Shown: piece by piece, positions 47,761 to 58,156 of the stretch
Numbering within the stretch: position 1 is the stretch's first letter
How the letters are laid out: the number at the start of each line of letters is the position of its first letter
Assembly (NCBI GenBank): GCA_965222075.1
Contig: OZ244937.1
Span: 2,528,001 to 2,592,000 of the forward strand
Length of the DNA: 64,000 bases
Origin: Candidatus Latescibacterota bacterium
GTDB taxonomy: Bacteria; Latescibacterota; UBA2968; GCA-2709665
Direction of reading: 5' to 3'
Notes under the pieces: model-generated
The model's database searches: none
Told to the model about the DNA's origin: nothing
The model's input: only the letters and a program-made list of their open reading frames with translations
Position numbers and translations under genes: made by a program

Positions 47761-48879
47761 TTACCCTTCCTGGGTCTCCCGCACACACTCGGCCAGCAGG
47801 GCAATCCCCTCCCGGATCTCGTCTAAAGAGGCAAACCCGAACGCCAGCCGTATATAGGCTACATCCCGGCTGTAAACGTGGAAAGCCTTTCCGGTTGCGT
47901 AGTCGATCCCCCGCGACTCGGCAAGCCGTTCACACACGGCCGTATCGGTCCCATCCGGCAGCTTCACCCAGATAAAGAGGCCCCCTTTGGGGCGGCTAAA
48001 CCATTCGAAAGCATCGGGGAACTGCGCCAGCATCTCGAACATCAGGTCTCGCTTCTGCTTCACAATCGCGTTGATCACCTCTAAGTGGGACCACATCTCC
48101 TCGCGGAAGAACTCGTATACAACCGCGGCGCTCAAAGCACTGGTCCCCCCGTCCCGGCGGTACTGCAAGATCTGGTCCAACAGCGGCTGCGGCGCCGCAA
48201 AGTAGCCCATGCGCACCCCCGGCCCCAGGATCTTGGAAAGCGACTCGATGTGGATGACAGGCGTCTCGTGTTCCAAAGTGTAGAGCGCAGGCACGTGGCA
48301 CGCTTCATACACCGTATCGGCGTAGCAGTGGTCCTCTACCACCGGGATCTCAAACCGACCTGCAATCGCAAGCAGCTCCTCTCGTCGTTCCAGCGGCATA
48401 ATCGACCCCGTCGGATTCTGGTAGGTGGCCAGAGTATAGATAAACTTCGGCCGCTTTCCCCGGGCCGTCAAATCCGCCACCGCATCCTCCAGGGCGTCCA
48501 TCCGCATCCCATCCTCATCCAGCGGGATGCCCACCAGTTCGGCCCGCTCCTTCTGGTAGGCGCCGATGGTCCCCGAATAGGAGTACTCCTCCATCACAAT
48601 CACATCCCCAGGCGCCTCCACAAAGGCCTGCGCCATCAGGGTCACCGCCTGCATTGACCCCGTGGTCAGCGCCACCTGGCCCACCGGCAGAGGCGCCCCC
48701 TCCCGCCGCTCGAACCGCTCCGACATCAGCCGCCGCAGAGGCTCAAACCCGAGACTGCCGGGATATTTCGCCAGTTCATCGCCCAGCTCGGGCAGGATCC
48801 GCATCGCCGCCTCGGCCAGCCCCCGGTTCGGAAACGAGCCAGGATCGGGCCGCCCGCTGCCAAAGGGAAACGTCTTCAT
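47761..48879 (-). CDS. class I/II PLP-dependent aminotransferase (2-aminoadipate transaminase-like)
   Basis: QNPTG, EDHCY, SLSKILGPGVRMG. Confidence 0.85.
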   Translation of the reverse strand: MKTFPFGSGRPDPGSFPNRGLAEAAMRILPELGDELAKYPGSLGFEPLRRLMSERFERREGAPLPVGQVALTTGSMQAVTLMAQAFVEAPGDVIVMEEYSYSGTIGAYQKERAELVGIPLDEDGMRMDALEDAVADLTARGKRPKFIYTLATYQNPTGSIMPLERREELLAIAGRFEIPVVEDHCYADTVYEACHVPALYTLEHETPVIHIESLSKILGPGVRMGYFAAPQPLLDQILQYRRDGGTSALSAAVVYEFFREEMWSHLEVINAIVKQKRDLMFEMLAQFPDAFEWFSRPKGGLFIWVKLPDGTDTAVCERLAESRGIDYATGKAFHVYSRDVAYIRLAFGFASLDEIREGIALLAECVRETQEG

Positions 48880-48932
48880 TCAGACCCTTTATCATTGTAG
48901 ATTGTGGATTGAAGGTTTTTAAATTCGCAATC

Positions 48933-50528
48933 CTAATACCCTTTCTCTTTCCCGCCCAGCCTTGGATCCAGCGTCGCCATCAGTTCGCTTGACTCCGCCA
49001 CCTCAATCGCCCGCACACTTGCAGCCGCACTCCCCTTGCGCAGCGTATATCCCACCGACCGGAGATACGCCGGGGCGGCCTCGCCAAACTCCTCTTCCAT
49101 CATCACCCACTTGTTGCCTTCCGAGTGCACCCTGGGCGCAGATACGGCCCAGTCGAGATCTTCGTCCAGCACCAGCCGCCGTGTCAAAACCTGAAACAGG
49201 GACGACGGAATGCGTGTGCCGCCCGATGCCCCAATCGTCATAGACGGATCCCGATCTTTCAGAACCAGTGTGGGACACATATTCACCAACGGGGCCTTGC
49301 CGGGGCCCACCGAGTTGGGCAGGCCAGATCCCGGATCGAAACGGGACATCCCGGCGTTCATCGTCAACCCCATTCTGGGAATGGTCACAAACGACCCGTA
49401 AGACGGACCGTGAGTCAGCGTGAGCGACACCATATTTCGATCTACATCTACTACCGAGATATGGGTGGTACCGCCCGAATACAGGGGGCGCAGCAGGCAC
49501 TGCCCGTGTTTTCCCTCCGAAACATAGTCGGCCACCTCGCGGCCCGTTGCCCCGATATTCACATCCGACATCACCATGTCAAGCGGCACATCCACAGCCC
49601 TGGGGTCTCCAAAGTGCCGGTAGCGGTCCAGCCAGGCCGCGCGGATCGTCTCCGTCATGCCATGCGCCAGCCGCGCGGCGTCCCTCGCCCAGAGATCCAG
49701 CTCGGCCACCTCGGCAATGCGGCACATCTGCAGCAGGCTGACCCCGCTGCTGCAGAGGGGAGCGCTGTAAAGATCGTAGCCCATGCACGTTGCGTGGACC
49801 GGCTCCACCAGCCGGGCTTGATACGCTTCCATATCTTCTTTGGCCAGAATCCCCCCGTTTTCCTGGATGTGGGCCACAATCCGGTCCGCAATTCTTCCCT
49901 TGTAAAATTCCTCAACGCCTTTCCTGGCAACCTGTTCCAGCATCTTACCCAGGTAAGTATTCTTGGCCCGATCCCCTGTCCTGGGAGGGGCATTGTCAAC
50001 CAGAAGCAGACGGGCGGTTTCCGGAAACATCCGGATGTTCCGTTCACAACTCGCCACACGGTCCGCATACGCCGCCGAAATCCGAAACCCGTTCTGGCAG
50101 GCGCGGACTGCCGGTGCCAGCGCATCGGCCAGCGAAAACGTCCCGAACCTCTCCAGGGCCAGGGCCAGCCCTGCCAGCACACCGGGCACCGACACCGCCC
50201 GGTAACCGACCGCATTGGCCCCGTCTTTCACCGTTGATCCGAAGCGCCCATCCGAACGGAGCACCTCATACATCGTCGGCGCAGCGGCACGGGGCGCAAC
50301 CGTATTGAAATCGATGCACCTGACCTCGCCCCCCATATAAATGACCATCATCCCCCCGTACCCCCCAATCCCGCTTGCGTGGGACGCGACCACACTTGCC
50401 AACAGGGCGGCCGTTACGGCTGCATCCACCGCATTTCCCCCCTTCTTCAGCACAGCAACCCCTGCAGTATCTGCCTCCGGCTGTCCCACAACAGCTCCGT
50501 GGTCAAACGTCAACGACACAGATTTCAC
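48933..50528 (-). CDS. ggt: gamma-glutamyltransferase family protein (no signal peptide)
   Basis: GGNAVDAAV, SGIGG, VPG, autocleavage site TTHISVVD, GASGG. Confidence 0.88.
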   Translation of the reverse strand: MKSVSLTFDHGAVVGQPEADTAGVAVLKKGGNAVDAAVTAALLASVVASHASGIGGYGGMMVIYMGGEVRCIDFNTVAPRAAAPTMYEVLRSDGRFGSTVKDGANAVGYRAVSVPGVLAGLALALERFGTFSLADALAPAVRACQNGFRISAAYADRVASCERNIRMFPETARLLLVDNAPPRTGDRAKNTYLGKMLEQVARKGVEEFYKGRIADRIVAHIQENGGILAKEDMEAYQARLVEPVHATCMGYDLYSAPLCSSGVSLLQMCRIAEVAELDLWARDAARLAHGMTETIRAAWLDRYRHFGDPRAVDVPLDMVMSDVNIGATGREVADYVSEGKHGQCLLRPLYSGGTTHISVVDVDRNMVSLTLTHGPSYGSFVTIPRMGLTMNAGMSRFDPGSGLPNSVGPGKAPLVNMCPTLVLKDRDPSMTIGASGGTRIPSSLFQVLTRRLVLDEDLDWAVSAPRVHSEGNKWVMMEEEFGEAAPAYLRSVGYTLRKGSAAASVRAIEVAESSELMATLDPRLGGKEKGY

Positions 50529-50904
50529 TCCCCCTTTCCGATGATGAAGAATATATATATCATGTCGCTCTCCACCTGATCAAGCCTTTTTTCCCTGGCC
50601 AACCGTCAGTCCAAACGCCAAACGTCTGATGCCTTTTGTTTCACGTTTATGGACGGTATCATGCACAACCGTATCATAATATAGTGCCTCTTCCCGTGAA
50701 AGTCAATCGGGCTGAGGGGGTAGAGATTCTCTTGACGGCGGGTGGTGAAATTTTTATCTTGTCGAAGCTGAAAACCTGAACCTCTGCGCTTTGCAAAAGT
50801 CGGGATAAAAGTACACCTGAGGTACGGCTGCCTCAAGTTCGATGGGGGGACCTCCCCGTTGGAGATCTTCTGAACCAGCCGGGCCCCAACGAGGATGTAC
50901 GCAT

Positions 50905-52575
50905 ATGAAAACGCTGAAGACGTTTTCCCTGAGTCTGGTGATCGCCTCGGTCCTGCCGGCCGGCCAGCCCCTTGCCGGATCTCAGCTCTGGACCCACACA
51001 TTCAACAAGGATATCTGGTGGCACAAGGTAACGGACCTGGGGACGCTGCTGGTGGGCACGGAAGACGGCATCTACAGTTTCAATCCTGAGACCGGTCAGA
51101 TCGCCTGGCAGCGGGAGGATCTCAAAAAAACCCCCGAGTTCAACGTGGAGGAGATCAAGGGAACGCCCTTCCTCTTAGTCAGCCAGGTCGAGGGGAAGAT
51201 CAAAGTCAAAACGAAGCTCTACGCCCTCAACGTCTTAACCGGCGAGGCCATCTGGGAAACGGACAAGGTCAAGGGGTTGGGCGTGGATGCCGTGCCTGTG
51301 CCTTCAAAGGGGCTTGTCCTCCTCCTGACGACGCCCTACACCGCCCTCAAATCGGAACTCGGCCTGACCGCCTTGGACCTGGCCACCGGAAACGTCGTTT
51401 GGGAGTCGGAGTTGAAGCAGAAGGTGGATCTCGCCATAGCCGAGGGGTCGGACAAATTCTTCAAAAAGTTCGACCTGAGCGGCCACCAGCCGCCCGTGAT
51501 TGAAAGGGACGCGATCTATTTCACCTGCGCGGGCCTGCATAAATATGACCTCAACACCGGCAAGCTCCTCTGGGGGCAGAAATATGACATCACGGAGAAA
51601 AACCTGAAGCGGGCGAACGCCCAACCCATCATCGACGGAGACGTCATCTACACGTCTGCCAAGAAAAAACTGAAAGCGATCGACAAGAACACAGGACAGC
51701 TCAAGTGGGAATCCGAGAAGAAATTCAGTGGCGCGGTCGCTGAGATGGCCGCAGTCGGGGACGTCATATACGGGCGGATGGGAGGCAATTTCTTCGACAC
51801 CATGAAGCAGCAGTGGGAATTGAAAAAACCCCTCGGCGTGGTGGCCGTAGACAAGCGCACCGGCGAGCTCATCTGGAAATACGACAAGGCCAAGAACGGC
51901 ATCACCAACATGGTCATCCGGGAGGATCTGGGCACGATTCTCATCGCCGACGCCAGGAACCTGATCGGCCTGGACGCGCACAGCAAGAAGAAGCCCAGGG
52001 AGGCGTTCAAGGAAAAGCTGGCGTTCAACCTGAAGATCGGTCTGGAAGGCCACAAAGGGGGCAGGTTGAAGGGAGACATGCCGGTGGCCATTTCAACGCG
52101 GGAAGACGGCATCGCGGTGGTAAGAGGTAAGCAGCACCTCTTGGCTTTCGATCCCCGGAAACGGAACATCGTCTGGTCGGTGCAGTACAAGGCCCCCGGC
52201 GTCTCCGGATGGACGAAGCTGGCCATGGGCGCGGTCACGGCGTTCGCCTATGCCGAGGCCAGCAACCGGGCCGCCGGCTCCCCCAGACAGAACCAGTGGA
52301 CCAACGAAGACCGGTGGAAGGCCCTCGCCAACTACGACCAGGTCGCCGGCCAGCGCTTCTCGGCAGCGGCCGACAAATATGCCTACATCCTGACCGAAAT
52401 CGAAGAGGGAAACGAAAAGGGCGCGGGCGTCATCGGCGTGAACTTAGATACGGGAAAAGGGGAGCGGCAGGTCCTCCTGAACGACGAGAAGCCGAACTAC
52501 AAGGTAGACGAAGTGGCCGGCCGCGTCTTCAACGTGGTGAAAAAGAAGGAGCTGATCGCCTTCTCGGTCAATTAA
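50905..52575 (+). CDS. secreted PQQ-like beta-propeller repeat protein
   Basis: Signal peptide; repeated xD/NxxTGxxxW motifs; promoter TTGACG-N17-TATCTT at 50732-50760. Confidence 0.8.
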   Translation: MKTLKTFSLSLVIASVLPAGQPLAGSQLWTHTFNKDIWWHKVTDLGTLLVGTEDGIYSFNPETGQIAWQREDLKKTPEFNVEEIKGTPFLLVSQVEGKIKVKTKLYALNVLTGEAIWETDKVKGLGVDAVPVPSKGLVLLLTTPYTALKSELGLTALDLATGNVVWESELKQKVDLAIAEGSDKFFKKFDLSGHQPPVIERDAIYFTCAGLHKYDLNTGKLLWGQKYDITEKNLKRANAQPIIDGDVIYTSAKKKLKAIDKNTGQLKWESEKKFSGAVAEMAAVGDVIYGRMGGNFFDTMKQQWELKKPLGVVAVDKRTGELIWKYDKAKNGITNMVIREDLGTILIADARNLIGLDAHSKKKPREAFKEKLAFNLKIGLEGHKGGRLKGDMPVAISTREDGIAVVRGKQHLLAFDPRKRNIVWSVQYKAPGVSGWTKLAMGAVTAFAYAEASNRAAGSPRQNQWTNEDRWKALANYDQVAGQRFSAAADKYAYILTEIEEGNEKGAGVIGVNLDTGKGERQVLLNDEKPNYKVDEVAGRVFNVVKKKELIAFSVN

Positions 52576-52673
52576 CCCAAAGGGCAGAACGCATAAAAAA
52601 ATAGGTGGGGCGCACGGCCGTTCAGGTTCGCAGGGCGTTCAGGTGGTTCTGGACTTTAACCTGGAACCTGGAA

Positions 52674-54836
52674 CTATGTTGTCACATAAATCGGACTCGC
52701 CCACGCCTTCGCGCCGTCTACCTGAACGACTCGCACCCAGTACGGATGGCAGCCGGACCGCAGGTCGGGCTCACGGAAGGTGAAAGCGGTTTCCCGTCCT
52801 GCGCCTGTGGGCATCTGTTCAAAAACCACCGTAATCTGGATCCCCCCGGCGTCCACCCGCACCGGCCCCCTGGCAATCTCCGCAAGCGAAACCGATCGAT
52901 CGACCACGTCGGTCCTGAAACTCAGCACCGTCTCCGGGGGCGCATCCAAGGTCAGGACCACGCCGTCGGCATCCCCGGTCGTCACCGACTTCCATGACAC
53001 CGACCGCTCCGTTACCTCTTGAATCCCCTCCGACGCCGAATCGAATGCGTACCCCCCCGCCTTTAGAATTCGTCCCCGGTCAATGGACAGCTCACCGTCC
53101 CACCGCACCAGACGATTCCGTGCGCGGATACGCTGTCCTGACCATGCCACCCGGATCCTGTTATCGGACCGTTCGACCGTCTCCGGAAAGCTGTAGACCT
53201 GCTCCAGGCCTCTGAAAACATCCACCCGCTCGACAGGCGCCGTTCCGGTGACATGTACGGAAATTTCCGGAGATGCGGTCGCCTGGTAATCGGCCCCCAT
53301 CGAGTGTCCGTCCGCCGTCACCTCCAGCAGGATGCGCTGCCCGGTGGTCCCGTAACATCGGCGGGCCTTCAGCGCCTCCCAGAGCCCCTCCCGCGTCAGC
53401 TCTTTCGCATAGATACAGGTCAACCCTCCGTAGACCCCGAACGACCCGCTACCGGGATAGGCCGCGCCGGGCCGGCCTTTGTGGTCGTCACTGCCTGCGG
53501 TGAACCCCACCCTGTAGCCCTTTTCCAGCGCCTCTCTCAGGAACCACTCGAACTCTCCCCATTCGGAATAGACCTCCACGACCCACTCCAGCTCCGGATC
53601 GTGCCAGGTCAGATTTGCATAGCGCCCCCCCACGTGGGGCACCAGCAGCACGTCCCGGCGGCCCTTCAGCGCCTGGTAAAGATCGGTCACGTGTAAACAA
53701 TCGGTGTCGATATCAGACTGATCCGGAATCAACACATGGCTCGACCGGTACAGCGGACCGTCTTCCCCCAGATAATAAACGTTGTGGTCGCCCCCAACGG
53801 GCGTGTTCCCGGACCATTCGTAGCCCACGAATGCGACAAACCGCCCGGGCTTGTACTGAGTATTCGCCTGCTTCTTGATCTCGGTCCAGACTGCCTCCGT
53901 AATCTGGAAGTCGTTTCCCTGATGACCCGCAAAATCGACCAGCGCCGACTCCCTGGCAAACCGGAAATACGCAGAGACCGGATTGGTCCCCACCGTCTCC
54001 TCGCTCTGCCCGTGCAGATCCCCCCAGAATGGACGGAATTCTCCCCGTGTCTCCACGCACACAAGCGGATTCCCCTCTGCCTCCATCCCGTTCTCCCGGT
54101 CCTCTACCCGAACCCGGTAGACCCCCGGCGCCGACGCTACCACCCCCTCGAAACGGTTCACTCCCCGGTCTTTCGGACCGAACCGATAGACCTCCCGCAG
54201 CCCGGAAAGCCCTCCTGCATCGATCCGAACTTCTCCGTCGTAGCCTGTACAGGGGTTCCCCCACACATCTTCCGCCTTGATCCCCACCCACGTCTTCTCC
54301 CCGGGCGCCGTCTCAGACGGCCCCAGTACCACCAGCTTGTGGGGCGGTCCGCTCACGACCTCCACCTTCGGCGAGGGCACCACCGTGTAGACCCACGTGC
54401 CGCACCAGTCCACCGCCACCCGGAACTCAAATGCCTCCTTGCAGAACGTCTGCACCCGGCTGCCCGGGCTTCCCCCCGACGTCTCCCCCAGGGTCAGTGT
54501 CACCCAGTCCCCTTCCAAGAGCGAATCGTCGAACACATCAATCGTCACGCAGCGTCGCCAGGGTCGCACGAAGCGCTGTTTCTCAAATGCCGGCCGCAGC
54601 GACGCCGGACCGGACGTGGACACCGTCGCGTATCCCGGCGCACCGGGATCGGTAAACTGGGGCGCCTCCCAGTCGCTTACATCCCGCCATGCGATCTTGA
54701 GCACCCCGCCATCGTCCACCCCGTAGCGTCCGGCGTGGTAGGTGATCCGCCACGTCCCGGTCGATCCGGCTACCACCGGACCGTCGGGGTCAATCTCCGC
54801 CCATCCGTACAGCTCTCGGACCTCCGCTTCTGTCAT
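52674..54836 (-). CDS. DUF3604-like / PHP-type metal-dependent hydrolase
   Basis: WGDLHGQSEET, GYEWS, DHNV, VPHVGG, GSDDHKGRPG, CYGTTG. Confidence 0.75.
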   Translation of the reverse strand: MTEAEVRELYGWAEIDPDGPVVAGSTGTWRITYHAGRYGVDDGGVLKIAWRDVSDWEAPQFTDPGAPGYATVSTSGPASLRPAFEKQRFVRPWRRCVTIDVFDDSLLEGDWVTLTLGETSGGSPGSRVQTFCKEAFEFRVAVDWCGTWVYTVVPSPKVEVVSGPPHKLVVLGPSETAPGEKTWVGIKAEDVWGNPCTGYDGEVRIDAGGLSGLREVYRFGPKDRGVNRFEGVVASAPGVYRVRVEDRENGMEAEGNPLVCVETRGEFRPFWGDLHGQSEETVGTNPVSAYFRFARESALVDFAGHQGNDFQITEAVWTEIKKQANTQYKPGRFVAFVGYEWSGNTPVGGDHNVYYLGEDGPLYRSSHVLIPDQSDIDTDCLHVTDLYQALKGRRDVLLVPHVGGRYANLTWHDPELEWVVEVYSEWGEFEWFLREALEKGYRVGFTAGSDDHKGRPGAAYPGSGSFGVYGGLTCIYAKELTREGLWEALKARRCYGTTGQRILLEVTADGHSMGADYQATASPEISVHVTGTAPVERVDVFRGLEQVYSFPETVERSDNRIRVAWSGQRIRARNRLVRWDGELSIDRGRILKAGGYAFDSASEGIQEVTERSVSWKSVTTGDADGVVLTLDAPPETVLSFRTDVVDRSVSLAEIARGPVRVDAGGIQITVVFEQMPTGAGRETAFTFREPDLRSGCHPYWVRVVQVDGAKAWASPIYVTT

Positions 54837-55090
54837 CCGGTTATCCTTCCTGCCTTCAGAGCGAACGGCCGTTCGCCCCTGCAGGTTGCATGATCCATTT
54901 TTTCGATTAGACCCTTGCCCCTCAACAAAATAACGATACTTCTTCCTCGGCCCCTCCCTAACCCTCCCCTTTCTGCTTGACCGTTCCCCCCTTCTATCTT
55001 ACCTTTTCAGAGGCCGTCTGCAGCCTTAGAAGCTGTCTTAAAACCCCCACAAGAAAAAGGCCAAGAGCAAAAGAACCGTTGACCCAGGTC

Positions 55091-55396
55091 ATGTCCAAAG
55101 AGCCTCCCCTCCCCCGCGTCACCCTCTACTCCAAACCGGACTGCCACCTCTGCGACATCGCCAAAGAACGAATCGCGAACGTCCGAAAGCGCGTGTCCTT
55201 CGCCTTAGAAACGGTCGACATCACGACCCACCCCGACCTCTTTAAACGCTACAAAGAGCGCATCCCCGTCGTCCTCATCAACGGCGAGGAAGCCTTCGTC
55301 TACCGAGTCAGTGAAAAGCACCTCACCCGAAAACTCCGGGCGCTCCACCCCCGGTCCTCCATGTGGGAGCGCCTCACACGTCCCAAACCGACATGA
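55091..55396 (+). CDS. glutaredoxin-like (DUF836) protein
   Basis: TLYSKPDCHLCD, VDI, IPVV. Confidence 0.85.
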   Translation: MSKEPPLPRVTLYSKPDCHLCDIAKERIANVRKRVSFALETVDITTHPDLFKRYKERIPVVLINGEEAFVYRVSEKHLTRKLRALHPRSSMWERLTRPKPT

Positions 55397-56682
55397 ACAC
55401 AGGCGACCTCTTTGCTGCCCTGCCGCCCGAGGCCCCGCTGGCCGACCGCATGCGCCCCCGCACCCTGGACGACATCCGCGGGCAGGACCACCTCGTTGCG
55501 CCCGGCGCCTCCCTGCGCGGGCTCATCAAGGGCGACCAGGTTCCCTCCCTCATCCTCTGGGGGCCTCCCGGCTCGGGCAAGACCACCCTCGCGCGCCTCG
55601 TCTCCGACGCCACCAAGAGCCTGTTCGTCGCCTTCAGCGCGGTTACCTCCGGCGTCAAGGACATCCGTGAAATCGTCGCCCGGGCGCAACAGGAACGCCG
55701 TCTGGGGCGGTGCACCATCCTCTTTGTGGACGAAATCCATCGCTTCAACAAGGCCCAGCAGGACGCCTTTCTTCCCCATGTGGAGAATGGCACGATTATC
55801 CTCATTGGCGCCACCACTGAAAACCCCTCCTTTGAGGTCAACGCCGCCCTCCTCTCCCGGGCGCAGGTCTTCGTCCTCAACCCCCTGGACGAGGCCGCCA
55901 TCCGGGACGTCTTAGACGCCGCCCTCTCCGACGTCGAATGCGGCCTGGCCCCCCTGAAGGCCGACCCCGGCGCCCTCGACCTGATTGCAAAAACCGCCGA
56001 AAGCGACGCTCGCCGGGCGCTCAACACCCTCGAAATGGCCGCCGCGGCCGTAGAGGTCGGAGGCCGGCTCACGGTCGACACCGTCAAAAACGTTCTGGGC
56101 GGCAAGGCCCTCCTCTACGACAAAAGCGGTGAAGAGCACTACAACCTCATCTCCGCCTTCCACAAAAGCCTCCGGGGCAGCGACCCCCACGCATCTCTCT
56201 ACTGGCTGGCCCGCATGATGGAATCCGGTGAACACCCCCACTACATCCTCCGGCGCATGGTCCGCTTTGCCTCCGAAGACATCGGCAACGCCGACCCCCG
56301 CGCCCTCGCCATCTGCCTGGCCGCCAGGGAAACCTACGACTTCTTAGGCAGCCCCGAAGGCGACCTCGCCATCGCCCAGGCCGCGGTCTACTTAGCCACG
56401 GCTCCCAAAAGCAACGCTGTGTACGCCGCCTACGGCGAGGCGATCAAAGACGTCCGCGAACAGCCCAACCTCCCCGTCCCCCTCCACATCCGAAACGCCC
56501 CTACCGACCTCATGAAATCCCTGGACTACGGCAAAAACTACCGCTACGATCACAACGACAAAAACGCCTACCTCCCCCAGGACTACCTCCCCGAAAACCT
56601 CCTGGGCCGCGAATACTACCGCCCCACAGACCGCGGCTACGAAAACAGATCCGCGCCCTTATGGACTGGTGGGAAGAACTGA
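55393..56682 (+). CDS. rarA: replication-associated recombination protein A
   Basis: PLADRMRP, GPPGSGKT, DEIHRF, ATTENP, SAFHKSLRGSD; last residues probably frameshifted (true end likely 56705). Confidence 0.93.
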   Translation: MNTGDLFAALPPEAPLADRMRPRTLDDIRGQDHLVAPGASLRGLIKGDQVPSLILWGPPGSGKTTLARLVSDATKSLFVAFSAVTSGVKDIREIVARAQQERRLGRCTILFVDEIHRFNKAQQDAFLPHVENGTIILIGATTENPSFEVNAALLSRAQVFVLNPLDEAAIRDVLDAALSDVECGLAPLKADPGALDLIAKTAESDARRALNTLEMAAAAVEVGGRLTVDTVKNVLGGKALLYDKSGEEHYNLISAFHKSLRGSDPHASLYWLARMMESGEHPHYILRRMVRFASEDIGNADPRALAICLAARETYDFLGSPEGDLAIAQAAVYLATAPKSNAVYAAYGEAIKDVREQPNLPVPLHIRNAPTDLMKSLDYGKNYRYDHNDKNAYLPQDYLPENLLGREYYRPTDRGYENRSAPLWTGGKN

Positions 56683-56806
56683 GAAAACGGCATCAAAAAA
56701 AATAAAAACGATTGCAAAGTGATAGAATCAGCAATCTGCAATACGCTCAATTCTCTCCGCGGTCTCTGCATCTGTGCGGCGCATTTTTCCAGACTCCTGA
56801 CCCCTG

Positions 56807-57661
56807 ATGGTCTACCTCATTCTCACCCTCGGCGTCTGCGCCGCTTCCTCCGCGGCCGTCCTCATCCGGCTCTGCGACGCTCCGGCCCTCGTCATTGCCG
56901 CCTACCGCCTGGGCATCGCCGCCTGCGTGGTCCTCCCTCTGGCCGTCTTCAGGTATCCCGGGCAGTTCCGAACCGGCTCCCGCCGCGACCGCCTCATCCT
57001 CCTCGCCAGCGGTATCTTCCTCGGCCTTCACTTCGCCCTCTGGATCTCCTCTCTTTCCCACACCTCCGTAGCCAGCTCCGTGCTGCTTGTTACCACCAAC
57101 CCGATCTTCATCGGCCTGGGCGGGTGGCTCATCCTTAAAGAACCGGCCGACGCCCGCCTGACCATCGGCACGGTCGTCTCCCTCTTGGGCGCCTCCATCG
57201 TCAGCCTCAACGACTGGGGCCAGGAGCAGCACGGCCTCTTTGGAGACCTCCTCGCCCTGGCCGGGGCTATGGCCATCTCCGGACACCTCCTCATCGGCCG
57301 CCGGCAGCGCCAGCGGCTGGCCCTCATCCCCTACCTCGCCGTGGTCAACACCACAGGCGCGGTCGTGCTTGCGCTCCTCGCCCTCGCGGCCGGACACACC
57401 TTTGCCGGCTACAACGACCACACCTACCTGCTCTTCGCCCTCCTCGCCCTGGGGCCCCAGCTTTTGGGCCACACCAGCTTCAACTATGCCCTCAAGCGTG
57501 TCTCCCCCTCCCTCGTCGCCCTCATTCTCCTGGCCGAACCGGTCGGCTCCTCCGCCCTGGCCTACCTCGTCTTAGACGAAGTCCCTTCCATCGCGCTCTT
57601 CATCGGCGCCGCCGTAATCCTCACCGGCATCGCCCTGGCCACCCGGCCCAGGGGTCGGTAG
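56807..57661 (+). CDS. EamA/DMT family transporter
   Basis: About 10 TM, LHFALWISSL, GHTSFNYAL, EPV. Confidence 0.88.
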   Translation: MVYLILTLGVCAASSAAVLIRLCDAPALVIAAYRLGIAACVVLPLAVFRYPGQFRTGSRRDRLILLASGIFLGLHFALWISSLSHTSVASSVLLVTTNPIFIGLGGWLILKEPADARLTIGTVVSLLGASIVSLNDWGQEQHGLFGDLLALAGAMAISGHLLIGRRQRQRLALIPYLAVVNTTGAVVLALLALAAGHTFAGYNDHTYLLFALLALGPQLLGHTSFNYALKRVSPSLVALILLAEPVGSSALAYLVLDEVPSIALFIGAAVILTGIALATRPRGR

Positions 57662-57759
57662 ACATTGATCCTTCGATACGCCCACTCAGTCAGGATCAAC
57701 GGTGTAGCCGTGTCTCCCGGCAGGCCGAAGGCCATATCGTGGGGATGCACACCCCCCCT

Positions 57760-58092
57760 TCACATCGACACACCCAGCTTCTGCCGAATCAGCACCAGCA
57801 GAACCCCAACGATCACACTCAGCAGCAGCACCGCTCCGGCCGGCATCATTTTCCGCGTCCGAAAAAACCGGCTCGAAAAGACTCCCGTCAGCAGCAGCGC
57901 CAGCATCGTTCCAATCAGAAACCCCTGCGCCGGATCGCTTAGACTCACCCACAGGGCGACCAGCGAGACCAGCCCGCACAGCCCCCCGGCAGCCAGTGAA
58001 ACCGTGCTCCCGGACTTCACCTGTCCCATCACCCCCCCCAGAATCAGCAGCATCCCGTAAACTCCCAGAACCACCTGTCCTGCCAGCAGCAT
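57760..58092 (-). CDS. TMEM14 family membrane protein
   Basis: YGMLLILGGVMG-x-x-KSGS-x-x-SL-x-x-G and RFFRTRKMMPAG. Confidence 0.8.
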   Translation of the reverse strand: MLLAGQVVLGVYGMLLILGGVMGQVKSGSTVSLAAGGLCGLVSLVALWVSLSDPAQGFLIGTMLALLLTGVFSSRFFRTRKMMPAGAVLLLSVIVGVLLVLIRQKLGVSM

Positions 58093-58156
58093 AAGTCACC
58101 TCTCCCTGTCTTTCTGCACCCAACGCCAGTGCCTGCCTCCCACGCTTCAATTTCCT

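Noticed and set aside
57760-58092. TMEM14 as a eukaryote-derived gene
   Set aside because: Bacterial TMEM14 homologues are known; nothing here indicates transfer.
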